From Kiritimatiellia bacterium (GTDB taxonomy: Bacteria > Verrucomicrobiota > Kiritimatiellia > JAAZAB01): 64,000 nucleotides of DNA. The stretch covers positions 384,001 to 448,000 of the forward strand of contig JAXGPF010000003.1 of assembly GCA_040767085.1 (NCBI GenBank). The letters run 5' to 3'. The notes below the pieces were generated by a model, which did not search any database, was not told the DNA's origin, and worked only from the letters and a program-made list of their open reading frames with translations. A program made the position numbers and the translations under genes. Positions 9,666 to 19,100 of this stretch are shown one piece after another (the first letter of the stretch is position 1; the number at the start of each line of letters is the position of its first letter).

Positions 9666-11912
9666 CTATTTTGTATCCTCCGCGCCGAACTCTCGCAAGG
9701 GGAAATGCGCCACTTCATCAACCTGGATGTCGTCAAACCAGGCAGATTCTGTTTTCCCGAAATACCGGCACAGCACAGTTCCCTCAACCGGAGCATCGCC
9801 TGTTGTCAGAACCGCATCATAACACATCCAATCCTGTGTTTCGCCTTTGGGCTCAAATGCATTGGCGCCGTCATGCCCGCCGCGCGCCCGGCGCGCCCGA
9901 ACCTCCTGTTTGCCCGCTATTAACGTCAGTTCCACCGGCGCGTTCTCCGGCATCCGCGCCATCCGCACCCAGCCGGTCACGCGATAACGTGTAGTCGGTT
10001 TCAATGCAAAGGCCGCCGAAACGGCCTTGGCCCGATTGGCCGAGGACTCGCTACCGCCGAGTTTCAACGCGCGCTGGCCGGAATGAGGCGCCGCATCATA
10101 CTCCGCCGGCCCGGACAATTCCCAGCCCCCATCTTCTTCAAATCCGCCATTCGCCAGCGGAGCTATTTCCCGCGCCGGGTACACGTTTTGCATAAAAGTT
10201 TTGTTGGTGTCAACCGCCGCCACATCGCCAATATTCCCCACCACCGACCCGCCCGGATTATGATGCAACAAGCCGCCAACCATGTTTTCGGAGCATTGAT
10301 TGCCCATAATCACATTCTGTTGGCTTTCCGGGCCGGTCGCCACAATCCCCCATTGCTGGCTCTTCAGAATGCGTGGTACTGTCCCTTTCGGATAATCATG
10401 CTTTAAAGGTTGATCCAACTGCAGACCAACCAGACGGACGCGGTTGGTGACATTCACTTCCTCGCGATTCCCCTCATGTTCAAGCACTAACCGAAACTGC
10501 CGATAAACCGGCGGATCAGCGGCAAATTCGGTATTTACAGGCCGAGCTTTATAATGCTTGATTTTTATCTCCCGGCTCCCGGCTGGCGCATCCTCCGTCA
10601 ACTCGCCGCACCCGAATTCGTCCTGGTCGTCATAACAGCGATTATTGGCCACCACGCAATTCTGGGCGTTATACAGCGCAATCCCCGCCGGCATGCGGTG
10701 CCGCGACGTGTACCAAACACCTTGCTTGTTGTTATTCATGACGATATTGCCCATGATCACATAATCCTTGGGGCCGATCCGCCCGCCTTCCGTGGCAATC
10801 CCCTCGCGCATATTATCGAAAATAATATTCTGGCTGATGATATGATAATGATCTCCGTCGCGCGCCAGATGCGCAATACCGAGGGCTTCATAGGTCGGGT
10901 TGCCCTGAAGCACCCGGCAACTCAACCCGCCTATTCCAATCAAGTTGCCGTAAATATGATTGTTTTCGATGATGCACCCGAAATTGCCCATGCACATATA
11001 AATGCCGCATTCCAAATTATCATGAATCAGGTTATTCACGATTTTAACCAGCGGCCCGGAGCCAGGATGAATCCCCTGCCAGCCGCCGCTGATATCGCAA
11101 TCCGTGATCAAGGCGCGGCCGGCGGAACAACTTATATTAACGAAGTTATTCGAAATCCAGCATCGGCGTATTGTGCACCGCTCCTGCACATGCCGTATGC
11201 CCGTCTCGATGAATGCATCCGGATATTTCCGCTTGTTATCCCGCCATGTAATTCCATCGAAGGTTTGCCCATCCAAATTCCCATCGATCGCCAGGTTTTC
11301 AATCAAGCAATCGGGCGCCGCCATAACCATGGTGAATTGCGTCATCAGGACGGCATCACGCTCAACCTTTAACTCGACCGACGGCCTAAACGGTATAATC
11401 GGGTAAGCGTCCGACCAATGTCGGCTGCTGGCGATATGAACGCGATTGTCTTCAATCCGGGAAATAATCCACGGGCGCCGCTCCCAAAGCGGCTTTACGT
11501 ACCCTTTGATATCGCAGGGATGCACGGCCATGCCCGGCCGAAAGGGAGTCGGATCGGTCACCACCACGTAATCCTGTGTGGCGCCTTTGCTGACATCTTC
11601 GGCCAGCGGCACCACCACCATCGGCGCCTTCCAAAGACGCGTGGCCTTGCCGGCGCCGATCAACTGCACCCCCTGCCGGAGCCGGATCGTGCGCTCCATC
11701 ATGTAATCCCCGGGCGGCACGTAGACCGTCCCCCCGCCAGCCGGCAAGGCTTCTATTGCTTCCTGAATCCCCCGCGTCGTCGAGCCGGGTCCGTCATAAT
11801 CGGTTGAAACCAAATAGGGCTTCTTCTCACCTTCCGCAACCACAGAAGACACCGCCATTAATCCGATCAACCCCGCCAAGCCAAACCGTAATTTTGTTTT
11901 TTGGACAAACAT
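9666..11912 (-). CDS. Secreted pectin-lyase-like beta-helix protein with C-terminal CBM4/9-like domain
   Basis: Signal peptide; IQEAIEAL..GGGTVYVPPGDY start; Asn-ladder repeats; NGGFE..HSGQRAL module; 748 aa. Confidence 0.8.
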   Translation of the reverse strand: MFVQKTKLRFGLAGLIGLMAVSSVVAEGEKKPYLVSTDYDGPGSTTRGIQEAIEALPAGGGTVYVPPGDYMMERTIRLRQGVQLIGAGKATRLWKAPMVVVPLAEDVSKGATQDYVVVTDPTPFRPGMAVHPCDIKGYVKPLWERRPWIISRIEDNRVHIASSRHWSDAYPIIPFRPSVELKVERDAVLMTQFTMVMAAPDCLIENLAIDGNLDGQTFDGITWRDNKRKYPDAFIETGIRHVQERCTIRRCWISNNFVNISCSAGRALITDCDISGGWQGIHPGSGPLVKIVNNLIHDNLECGIYMCMGNFGCIIENNHIYGNLIGIGGLSCRVLQGNPTYEALGIAHLARDGDHYHIISQNIIFDNMREGIATEGGRIGPKDYVIMGNIVMNNNKQGVWYTSRHRMPAGIALYNAQNCVVANNRCYDDQDEFGCGELTEDAPAGSREIKIKHYKARPVNTEFAADPPVYRQFRLVLEHEGNREEVNVTNRVRLVGLQLDQPLKHDYPKGTVPRILKSQQWGIVATGPESQQNVIMGNQCSENMVGGLLHHNPGGSVVGNIGDVAAVDTNKTFMQNVYPAREIAPLANGGFEEDGGWELSGPAEYDAAPHSGQRALKLGGSESSANRAKAVSAAFALKPTTRYRVTGWVRMARMPENAPVELTLIAGKQEVRARRARGGHDGANAFEPKGETQDWMCYDAVLTTGDAPVEGTVLCRYFGKTESAWFDDIQVDEVAHFPLREFGAEDTK

Positions 11913-12121
11913 TGAATTTCCTTTTTTATATTTTTAGTTCCAACATCATTTTCAGCCGGCACGGCGCGGGGGATCGTTTCGGGAGAGTGGTGTCAGCCAT
12001 TGAAATAAGATTTAATATTTTGCGGCACGGTAATGATCAAGAGACTGGATGGCCAAGCGAGCGCCCGGCATACGGCGCACAATCTTTTCGACAGGATCAA
12101 GCCCGGCGCCAAGCCCACATA

Positions 12122-12192
12122 CGGCTCGCCAGAGATTCGCCCTCCGCCTGAGATTTGAGATTTCAAAAGGAGGGCGAAGCTGTGCTGAGCCG
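12122..12192. repeat. REP-like doublet (GGAGGGCGA family)
   Basis: cggctcgccagagattcgccctcc facing ggagggcgaagctgtgctgagccg. Confidence 0.6.
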
Positions 12193-12240
12193 TTCTGGTT
12201 CATCCCTTCAATGGATTGGTTTTGATTTTCAGGCAAAAGG

Positions 12241-13722
12241 CTATTTCAGCGAAAAGATGGTTCCTTCGAGGACATATTCATAGCAGCCAAGGTCCACCAG
12301 GCCACTGAACCGGTCAATCCGGCGGCGCCCATCCAGGTCCACGGCGCCGTCCATCCACGGCATGTTGGCGCCCGCATTGATGTATGGCGAATTGCGCTGC
12401 AAGCGGAAATTGCCCGCTTCCATGCCGGTAAACATCGGGTCATCGGCCCTGTTACCGGCATCCGGCGTCACTGGCTGGTCGGTGCCATTTTGCAAAGGCG
12501 CAACACAGCAATTGGTCAAAATCACACCCGTGCCGGCCATAAGCCAGATATTACTCCGTCCACTTGAAGAAGCGTCATTCCCATAAACAATAGTATTGCG
12601 CACCACCATGTTGGTCGTGACATTGGCGTTGACCAACAATCCGCCTGCATATATCGAAGCACCGTTGGATGCAATGGTAGTGTTTTCAACAAAAAATCGC
12701 GCCTCGGTTTCCAACAATAGCCCGCCGGCTCCACCGATTGCCGCCATTGCCCGGTTGCCTACTATCAAACAACCTGTGATGTCCCCAGGTCCATTTATAC
12801 GCAATCCGCCCCCGGCATAGCTGCTGTTAATCAACGATTCATTCCCCTGAATCATGCAATTTGAGATGCAAAGATACCCGCCGCCATTGCGATGGTAAAC
12901 GCCGCCACCGCTTCCACTAGCCTGGTTGTATGCCATCGTGCAATTGGCGATGATACCGGTGCTGCCTTCGAGACCATAAAGACAAACTCCGCCTCCTGGT
13001 CCGCCGGTAGCGATATTATGCTCCATCCGACAGCCATACAAAGCAAATATCATACCCGGTTTGTCGGATTTTGACGAACCGTATATCGCTCCTCCGCCGT
13101 CTCTGGAGGTATTATGGACTATTTCGCAATCGAACATGTTCAAACGTCCGTAAGAGGAGAAAGCTCCACCGCCATATCCTCCTGCGGCTGTATTATTGCT
13201 GATGATACAGTTGAACACGAACATTTGACTACGATCAGTGCTTTTACTAATGCCTCCACCACTGACGGAACTAGTATTCGCATGAATGACACAGTTTGAC
13301 AGGTAAAAATCGCGGTAGTTCCCCTTATACACACCCGCGCCGCTATCCGCGCTGCTGCCATTGCGGATGGTGAAACCGGACATGTAGATCGGGTCTCCGG
13401 CGGTAGAGGGGCTGGAATACACACACCGCCGGGCATTTTCACCGTCAATAATCGTCACCCCCGGTCCATTGACCCCCTGGATATCAATCGACTTGGTAAT
13501 GCTCACCACCGGATCCACCGCCGCGGTATAAGTGCCGTTGGACACCAGGATCACATCGCCATCGCCGGCGGCATTAACCGCGCCCTGGATGGAACGCTTG
13601 GCCAGAGGCCAGGTTGATCCGTCATTGCCGTCATCGCCCGTTTCGGCCACGTAAAGGGTGCCGGCGGCGGCGGCGCCTACCAAGATCGTGAATCCCAGCA
13701 ACAGGCATATTACGTTTTTCAT
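12241..13722 (-). CDS. Secreted right-handed beta-helix protein with choice-of-anchor-Q-like domain; paralogue of 5271-6750
   Basis: Signal peptide MKNVICLLLG.., AAGGGGG RBS, same architecture and near-identical terminal DNA. Confidence 0.88.
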   Translation of the reverse strand: MKNVICLLLGFTILVGAAAAGTLYVAETGDDGNDGSTWPLAKRSIQGAVNAAGDGDVILVSNGTYTAAVDPVVSITKSIDIQGVNGPGVTIIDGENARRCVYSSPSTAGDPIYMSGFTIRNGSSADSGAGVYKGNYRDFYLSNCVIHANTSSVSGGGISKSTDRSQMFVFNCIISNNTAAGGYGGGAFSSYGRLNMFDCEIVHNTSRDGGGAIYGSSKSDKPGMIFALYGCRMEHNIATGGPGGGVCLYGLEGSTGIIANCTMAYNQASGSGGGVYHRNGGGYLCISNCMIQGNESLINSSYAGGGLRINGPGDITGCLIVGNRAMAAIGGAGGLLLETEARFFVENTTIASNGASIYAGGLLVNANVTTNMVVRNTIVYGNDASSSGRSNIWLMAGTGVILTNCCVAPLQNGTDQPVTPDAGNRADDPMFTGMEAGNFRLQRNSPYINAGANMPWMDGAVDLDGRRRIDRFSGLVDLGCYEYVLEGTIFSLK

Positions 13723-13889
13723 AACCCCCCTTATTATTTGCTGCAATATTATCATAAGCAAACGGCCGAACCAATTTCCAAACTAACGTTTTGAAATCTG
13801 TTTTTTGAAAGCAACTCAAATACAAGCTCGGATTTATCCAAGGCGGGCTTTGCCCGCAACCAATCGGTACCTTGCGCGCCAATTACGAA

Positions 13890-13916
13890 GGCGGCCAAGG
13901 GCCTGGCCGCCCTACC
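13890..13916. repeat. REP-like palindrome
   Basis: ggcggccaagggcctggccgccctacc; same family recurs at ~35239-35295. Confidence 0.55.
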
Positions 13917-14007
13917 AAATTTAGATACGTAAAAATGCTTGTCCCATGCAATGGGATATCATGTCGAAACGGAACGGTCTAACAGCGGAAAAAGGTTCAT
14001 CCTGTCG

Positions 14008-15609
14008 TTACAAATCCTCGATGCTGCGGATCAATTGATTGACGACTTCCTGGTCGGTTTTAGGATTGAAAAACACGGCTTTCCAGGCCGGCACACTGAT
14101 GCCCTGCGGATAATATCCCATGGCGGTGGTGAAGCTCAGGCGCGCGTCAATCTCCGGATGCAACGCAGCCTTACGCTTGTCAAACAGCCGGCGCGTTTCC
14201 TGGAAGTAGCGCCGGCAGGTTCCCGCCGTCACCTCGCCATTGACCATCTTGGCGTAAATGCTTTTGGCATCGCGCCCCTTGGGCAATACCCACCAGTTGA
14301 CATGCGGACCCAAACAGCCCGCGTTCAACACCTTGCAGTAATCCAACGCCTCAATCTGCCGTTTCAGGCTGCATGTCAGCGCCAGCGCATGCGTCACCAG
14401 TATCTGGTAGCCAATCAACCCAATCCCGTCCAAGCTGGCCATAACGGAATAAGGCCCCAGCGCCGGACGCGAGCATTCCAGGGTGAACAGCGCCGGATCG
14501 TGCCGGTAATCCGCCTCGGAAAAATACGGGACCTGCTCCTTTTTCCGCAACAACAGTTTCAAATCATCGCGATTGCGCACGATAAAAGCGCTGGCGGGGT
14601 AATGCCCCCAGCCCATCTTGTGGAAATCAATCGTCACCGAATCAGCATACTGCATGCCCATGGCCTGCTTTTGAATGCCCCGCACATTTGCAAGGACATC
14701 GTCCGCCAGTCCGAATGGGTTTTGACTGACGTCGTATTCGTTCAGAAAACACAGGGACCAGCCGGCGGCCGCGTCCACATGCAATTGCGGCACAGGCCGG
14801 CCGGCGGATTTTGCCTTGTCCTCGATAATCTGCCGGATGCCTGCGATGTCGTCAATCCCGGCGGCATCGGTGCTGCCGAAGGTGGCGATGACAAACGCCA
14901 CCAATGCTTCGCCGGCATAGAGTTCGTCCAGTTTCCGCGCCAGGCAATCCAAATCCATCCCGCAAGCATCATGGGTGGGAATGCTGACAAGGTTTTCCGT
15001 CCCCATGCCCAGCCAGCCGGCCAGGGTTTCGTTGGAATAATGCGCGGCCTGGGAGGTAATCCCCACCAACCGCCGGCCGCGCAACCCTTTGCCGATAGTG
15101 TCGGGCAATACCTTTTCCATGCCGATCTTGCCGCCGTAAAGATTGGAGATGGTGCCGCCCATGGTAAAGATGCCCCAAGGTTGGCTGATATGATAAAAGA
15201 CCAGGTTGGCCAAGGTGGTGATGGCCTTCACCTCCAACTCGTTGGAACGCTGGCTATAGGTATCCACGCACAGGTTGGGGTTTTTCAACAGACAGGCCAT
15301 GGCGCCAATCAACGAGGCGTAATTGGCCGGGCCTTTGACATTTTCCAGATGCAGTCTGGAATACCAGCCGTCAGTGCCCCAGAAATAAGGGAAGACCGCG
15401 TCGCGGGCATCCTTCAGATTACCCGGCAGGGTGTGGATTTCCGGATTGTTTTGCGCAGTCTCGTAGTTGCGCGACATGATATCCGGCACGGCTAGTTTTT
15501 CCTCGGCCTCCATGGTGTTGAGATACTCGCCCAGGATGCCCAGCACTTCCGCCTTGTTACAGGTGAAAAAATTATTAATAATGGAATCCAAATCGTATTT
15601 CGCGCTCAT
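14008..15609 (-). CDS. Group II PLP-dependent decarboxylase
   Basis: GGTISN, AHYS, LHVDAAAG and DSVTIDFHKM (PLP lysine) motifs. Confidence 0.9.
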   Translation of the reverse strand: MSAKYDLDSIINNFFTCNKAEVLGILGEYLNTMEAEEKLAVPDIMSRNYETAQNNPEIHTLPGNLKDARDAVFPYFWGTDGWYSRLHLENVKGPANYASLIGAMACLLKNPNLCVDTYSQRSNELEVKAITTLANLVFYHISQPWGIFTMGGTISNLYGGKIGMEKVLPDTIGKGLRGRRLVGITSQAAHYSNETLAGWLGMGTENLVSIPTHDACGMDLDCLARKLDELYAGEALVAFVIATFGSTDAAGIDDIAGIRQIIEDKAKSAGRPVPQLHVDAAAGWSLCFLNEYDVSQNPFGLADDVLANVRGIQKQAMGMQYADSVTIDFHKMGWGHYPASAFIVRNRDDLKLLLRKKEQVPYFSEADYRHDPALFTLECSRPALGPYSVMASLDGIGLIGYQILVTHALALTCSLKRQIEALDYCKVLNAGCLGPHVNWWVLPKGRDAKSIYAKMVNGEVTAGTCRRYFQETRRLFDKRKAALHPEIDARLSFTTAMGYYPQGISVPAWKAVFFNPKTDQEVVNQLIRSIEDL

Positions 15610-15706
15610 GCTACACCTCTGGCCCCATTTCAAAAGTCTGACAAATAATGCCGATCACAGTCCCCTCGGCGGGCTCGTCCCGCCAGTGAGCAAGGTTATG
15701 TAAAAA

Positions 15707-15860
15707 GAGGTTGAATCAGGTTCAACGGTTGCTTGAGGTTGGAGGTTGGCTTATCCCTTAACTTCCATCAACCGCTGAACCCCTTAACTTCCATCACTCC
15801 TTGAACCTCTTACAACACCTTGCCTTTTACCGGCTTTGCCCCTTTGCCCCTTTGCCCCTC
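15707..15860. repeat. Short tandem repeats (9-mer and 8-mer)
   Basis: ccttaacttccatca occurs twice; ctttgccc occurs three times in tandem. Confidence 0.55.
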
Positions 15861-15942
15861 TTTCACAGTAACAGAGTTGCTTTCAAAAGTCCATATTGTG
15901 CCGCTATTGTCAGCCGCAAACAACACGGCTGCGTCATGCTTG

Positions 15943-16018
15943 CGGCTCACCAGGGACGGTTCGCCCCACCTCAGGCAGATATTGCCAAAATGGTAGGGCG
16001 AGGCGTCCCTGCCGAGCC
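15943..16018. repeat. REP-like doublet (GGTAGGGCGA variant)
   Basis: cggctcaccagggacggttcgccccacc facing ggtagggcgaggcgtccctgccgagcc. Confidence 0.6.
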
Positions 16019-16132
16019 TTCTTTTCCGAGAATGACACAGCCGTGCCGCAGATAACCGCACATCACACCCGTCCCGGCTGGGCCGGCTTCTACCGAAGCA
16101 GTTCCGGCAGCTAAACGCATATCCTCCATCAC

Positions 16133-19100
16133 TCACAATCCATGCACTTTTTCGCGCGCCAGGGTGGCGGTGATCCCGCCCAGGAGCAGGCCGCCCTCCG
16201 CCAGCGGCTCAACCGTCAGTTTTACTACCGTCGCATCGGAACGCGGGGAAGGCCATTGCGTCACGTAAAACCCGTGGCCGATATATTTGGCATTTTCCAG
16301 GTCAGAGTTCCGGCCGACCGGCGCGATATCGCGTCCGACAATCAATTCCCGGACTTCCTCCGCGCCGTCCTGGAAAACCAGCTTTAATCTGGCTGCCGGC
16401 GCGCCATCCGGCGCCGGCCCCGGCAAGGCGGCCATGATAAACAGCGTGTCCACCCGGTTTTTCAGCAAGGCCCCCTGATCGTGATCCGTGGCCTGCTTCT
16501 GTGCTTCCCATTCCGGATCCATGTATTGCATGGCATCGGGAAGCTTGAATTCCATGCCGCCGGTCAACAGCGCCGCCCGCGGGTCCGCCAGCATAAAGCG
16601 CAAGCCGCCGCAACTCTTCAAACCCTGCCGCAATGCATCCAGCCAGGACTGGTCAACCTCCACCCGCTGTTTGGCGACAGCGGCCAGGTCAATATATCCG
16701 CACCGCCGGGAATCCACATTGAGAATGTTCAGTCCGCTCAGCGGCTCGGCGAACCCGGTTTCGTCGGAGAGAATATATTTTATGCAGTTTTGAATGAATT
16801 TGGTCGCCACGCTGTCGGAATCGTAACGGAAAGTCGCCGCCGCCTGCGATACCAGCGCCTGTCCCTGCCCGACCTTGACATCGGACACCAGCATCTGGAC
16901 GGCCGCATCCGTCGCCCGCGGCGTGTCCTGGCAGCCGAGCGCCAGCGCGGTCTTGTTGATCGGGCTGATCAAGGCGGAGAAGATTCCGCCCTGTTTCCCG
17001 CCGCGCGAAGTGCGCTCCAGCCTTCCATTCCATGTATCCCAGTTGGCCGAGGCGTTGATTCCGGCAAAGACCGGATGATCCGGGGCGATGATACTGCCGA
17101 CATTCCCGCCCAGGCGCTTGATGATGGACATCTGCGGCAGCCAGCTCAAAGTATTTGGGAAATACTGCTCGAATTGCAGCAGCCGGCCGCCTTGTTTCAA
17201 CCATTCGTTGATCTTTTCGCCCGCGGCCACCACCGCGCCATCATGGCTTTCCGCGCCGATGATCAGGACGTCGTAATCGGCCAGGCGATCGAAAGTTTCG
17301 ATACGCTCGAATTTCACACCCAACCCCTCCAAAATCCCGCCCGTGGTGATTTTCTGGTTGGAAACATCAAACAGCGCCACCCGGCGGCCGCCGGCGTCAA
17401 GCTTGTCCTGCAGGTCGCGCGCATTCATCACGAAAAACTCGTAATGATTGTCGGATATGACGGCCGGTGTGGACGCCGACCCTCCAGAATTTCGCATCAG
17501 ATACATCTGGACGTCATAAAAGCCGGTCGGCCAATCCGCGGGAATCTTCATTTCGAACGGCAACAAATTGCGCGTCATGGCCTTAACCTTGCCGGCCGGC
17601 GAAATTTTGTCGGCCACGGCTTTACCGTCCTGATCCAGAATGACCACCCGCGCCTGCCAACCTTCGGCATCGGCCTGGGTGTCGTTAACGGCATAGACCG
17701 TCAGCGCCAGCGGGCGCCCGGCAAAGCAGTTCCTGGCGAACACATCGGCGCAGATGAATTCGTCTTTGAACGCGCGCTTGTAAGTCGAATACAATTCCGA
17801 GGCCGCCAACGAGCCACCGGGCAGATTCCAGATTTCAAACCAGGGCAATCCGGATTTGACCGATATTTTCCCATCCTGATCCCGCAGATAAAACAGGGCA
17901 TAAAACCGCCCCATGTTGATGCCGAATCCGCCGCGCATCAGTTCGCCGAGCCGGCGGCACTCTTCCAGCACGTTCTTCGCGGCCCATTCCACGTAATACT
18001 TGGCGGCCCAGAAACTTTCGCGCCGGGCCAGGTCGCCGGGATTATCCCGGCGCAAAACATCAAACTCCGGATCCGAGGCCAACTTCGCCGGCGCTTCCAC
18101 AAAATGCCGGCGCAACCCGTAAAGCATCGCCCAGCGAAAACCCAGCGGCATGTGGTATCCCGGGTCCGCCTGGGTAATGTGCTGGATCAACGCTTCCTTG
18201 TCCAGGGCCGGGGCGCTGAATAACTGCCGGCCCTTGGCATACTCGCTCCCGACCATCGATATCTTTGCGCCGCCCATCTCCCAGTTGCCCACCGGCAGCA
18301 TTTGCCCGTGAGCGGCCCATACCTCGCGGTTGGCGTTTTCGAATATTTCCCGCATATCCAGCGGATGTCCGTAAATGCTGCCGGGATAGGCATGGATGTC
18401 CACCACATCCTCCTTGAACCGCAGCACCTGCGGCGCGCCGCCGGACACCGCGCACACCGGGCGTTGCTGTCCGTCAATTTGCTTCACCAGATCGTAAACA
18501 TGATTGATTGGCTCGATAAATTCCTTCTGGCGCGATTCGTTGCCGATGGTATAAACGGCAAACGAAGGATGGTTATAAATATACCGGATACGCCGGGCTG
18601 TATTGTCGTCGTCAAACAGCACGCTGGTCTTGATCAATTTCTGCGCCGTGGCGCCCTGCCATTCGTTGATCAGAATGCCCAGTTCATCGCAGATGTCGTA
18701 AAGATTGCGCGGGGCGAAAATCTGCTCGCCCTGGATGAAAATCATGTTGACGCCCCACATCTTATGCGCCGCCAGCACGCGCCGCAACAGGTTGGCATGA
18801 TTGCGCCAGATGCCGGGCGCCGGCGACGGCATATCAAAAATGATTCCCTTCGGATAAAACCCCTTGCCATTCAGCAAGTAGCGATTGGACTGCGTTCCCA
18901 CTTCGCGGTAGCCGAACCGTTCCCGTCCGGCTTCCCGGCCATTGGCGGATAAAACCAATTCGTAGAGGAACGGGCAAGCGGGCGACCACGGGACCGGACG
19001 CTCCATGCTGATTTTCAGGCTGATGGCGTTGGTCCCCGGCGCAAGCTCATGGCGTCCGCCATCCGCTGTTTGCGGCGCGGATGCATCGGGCGGGGAAAAG

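Noticed and set aside
5271-13722. Diversity-generating retroelement template/variable repeat pair
   Set aside because: Both copies are whole genes, differences are not adenine-specific, and there is no reverse transcriptase in the window.
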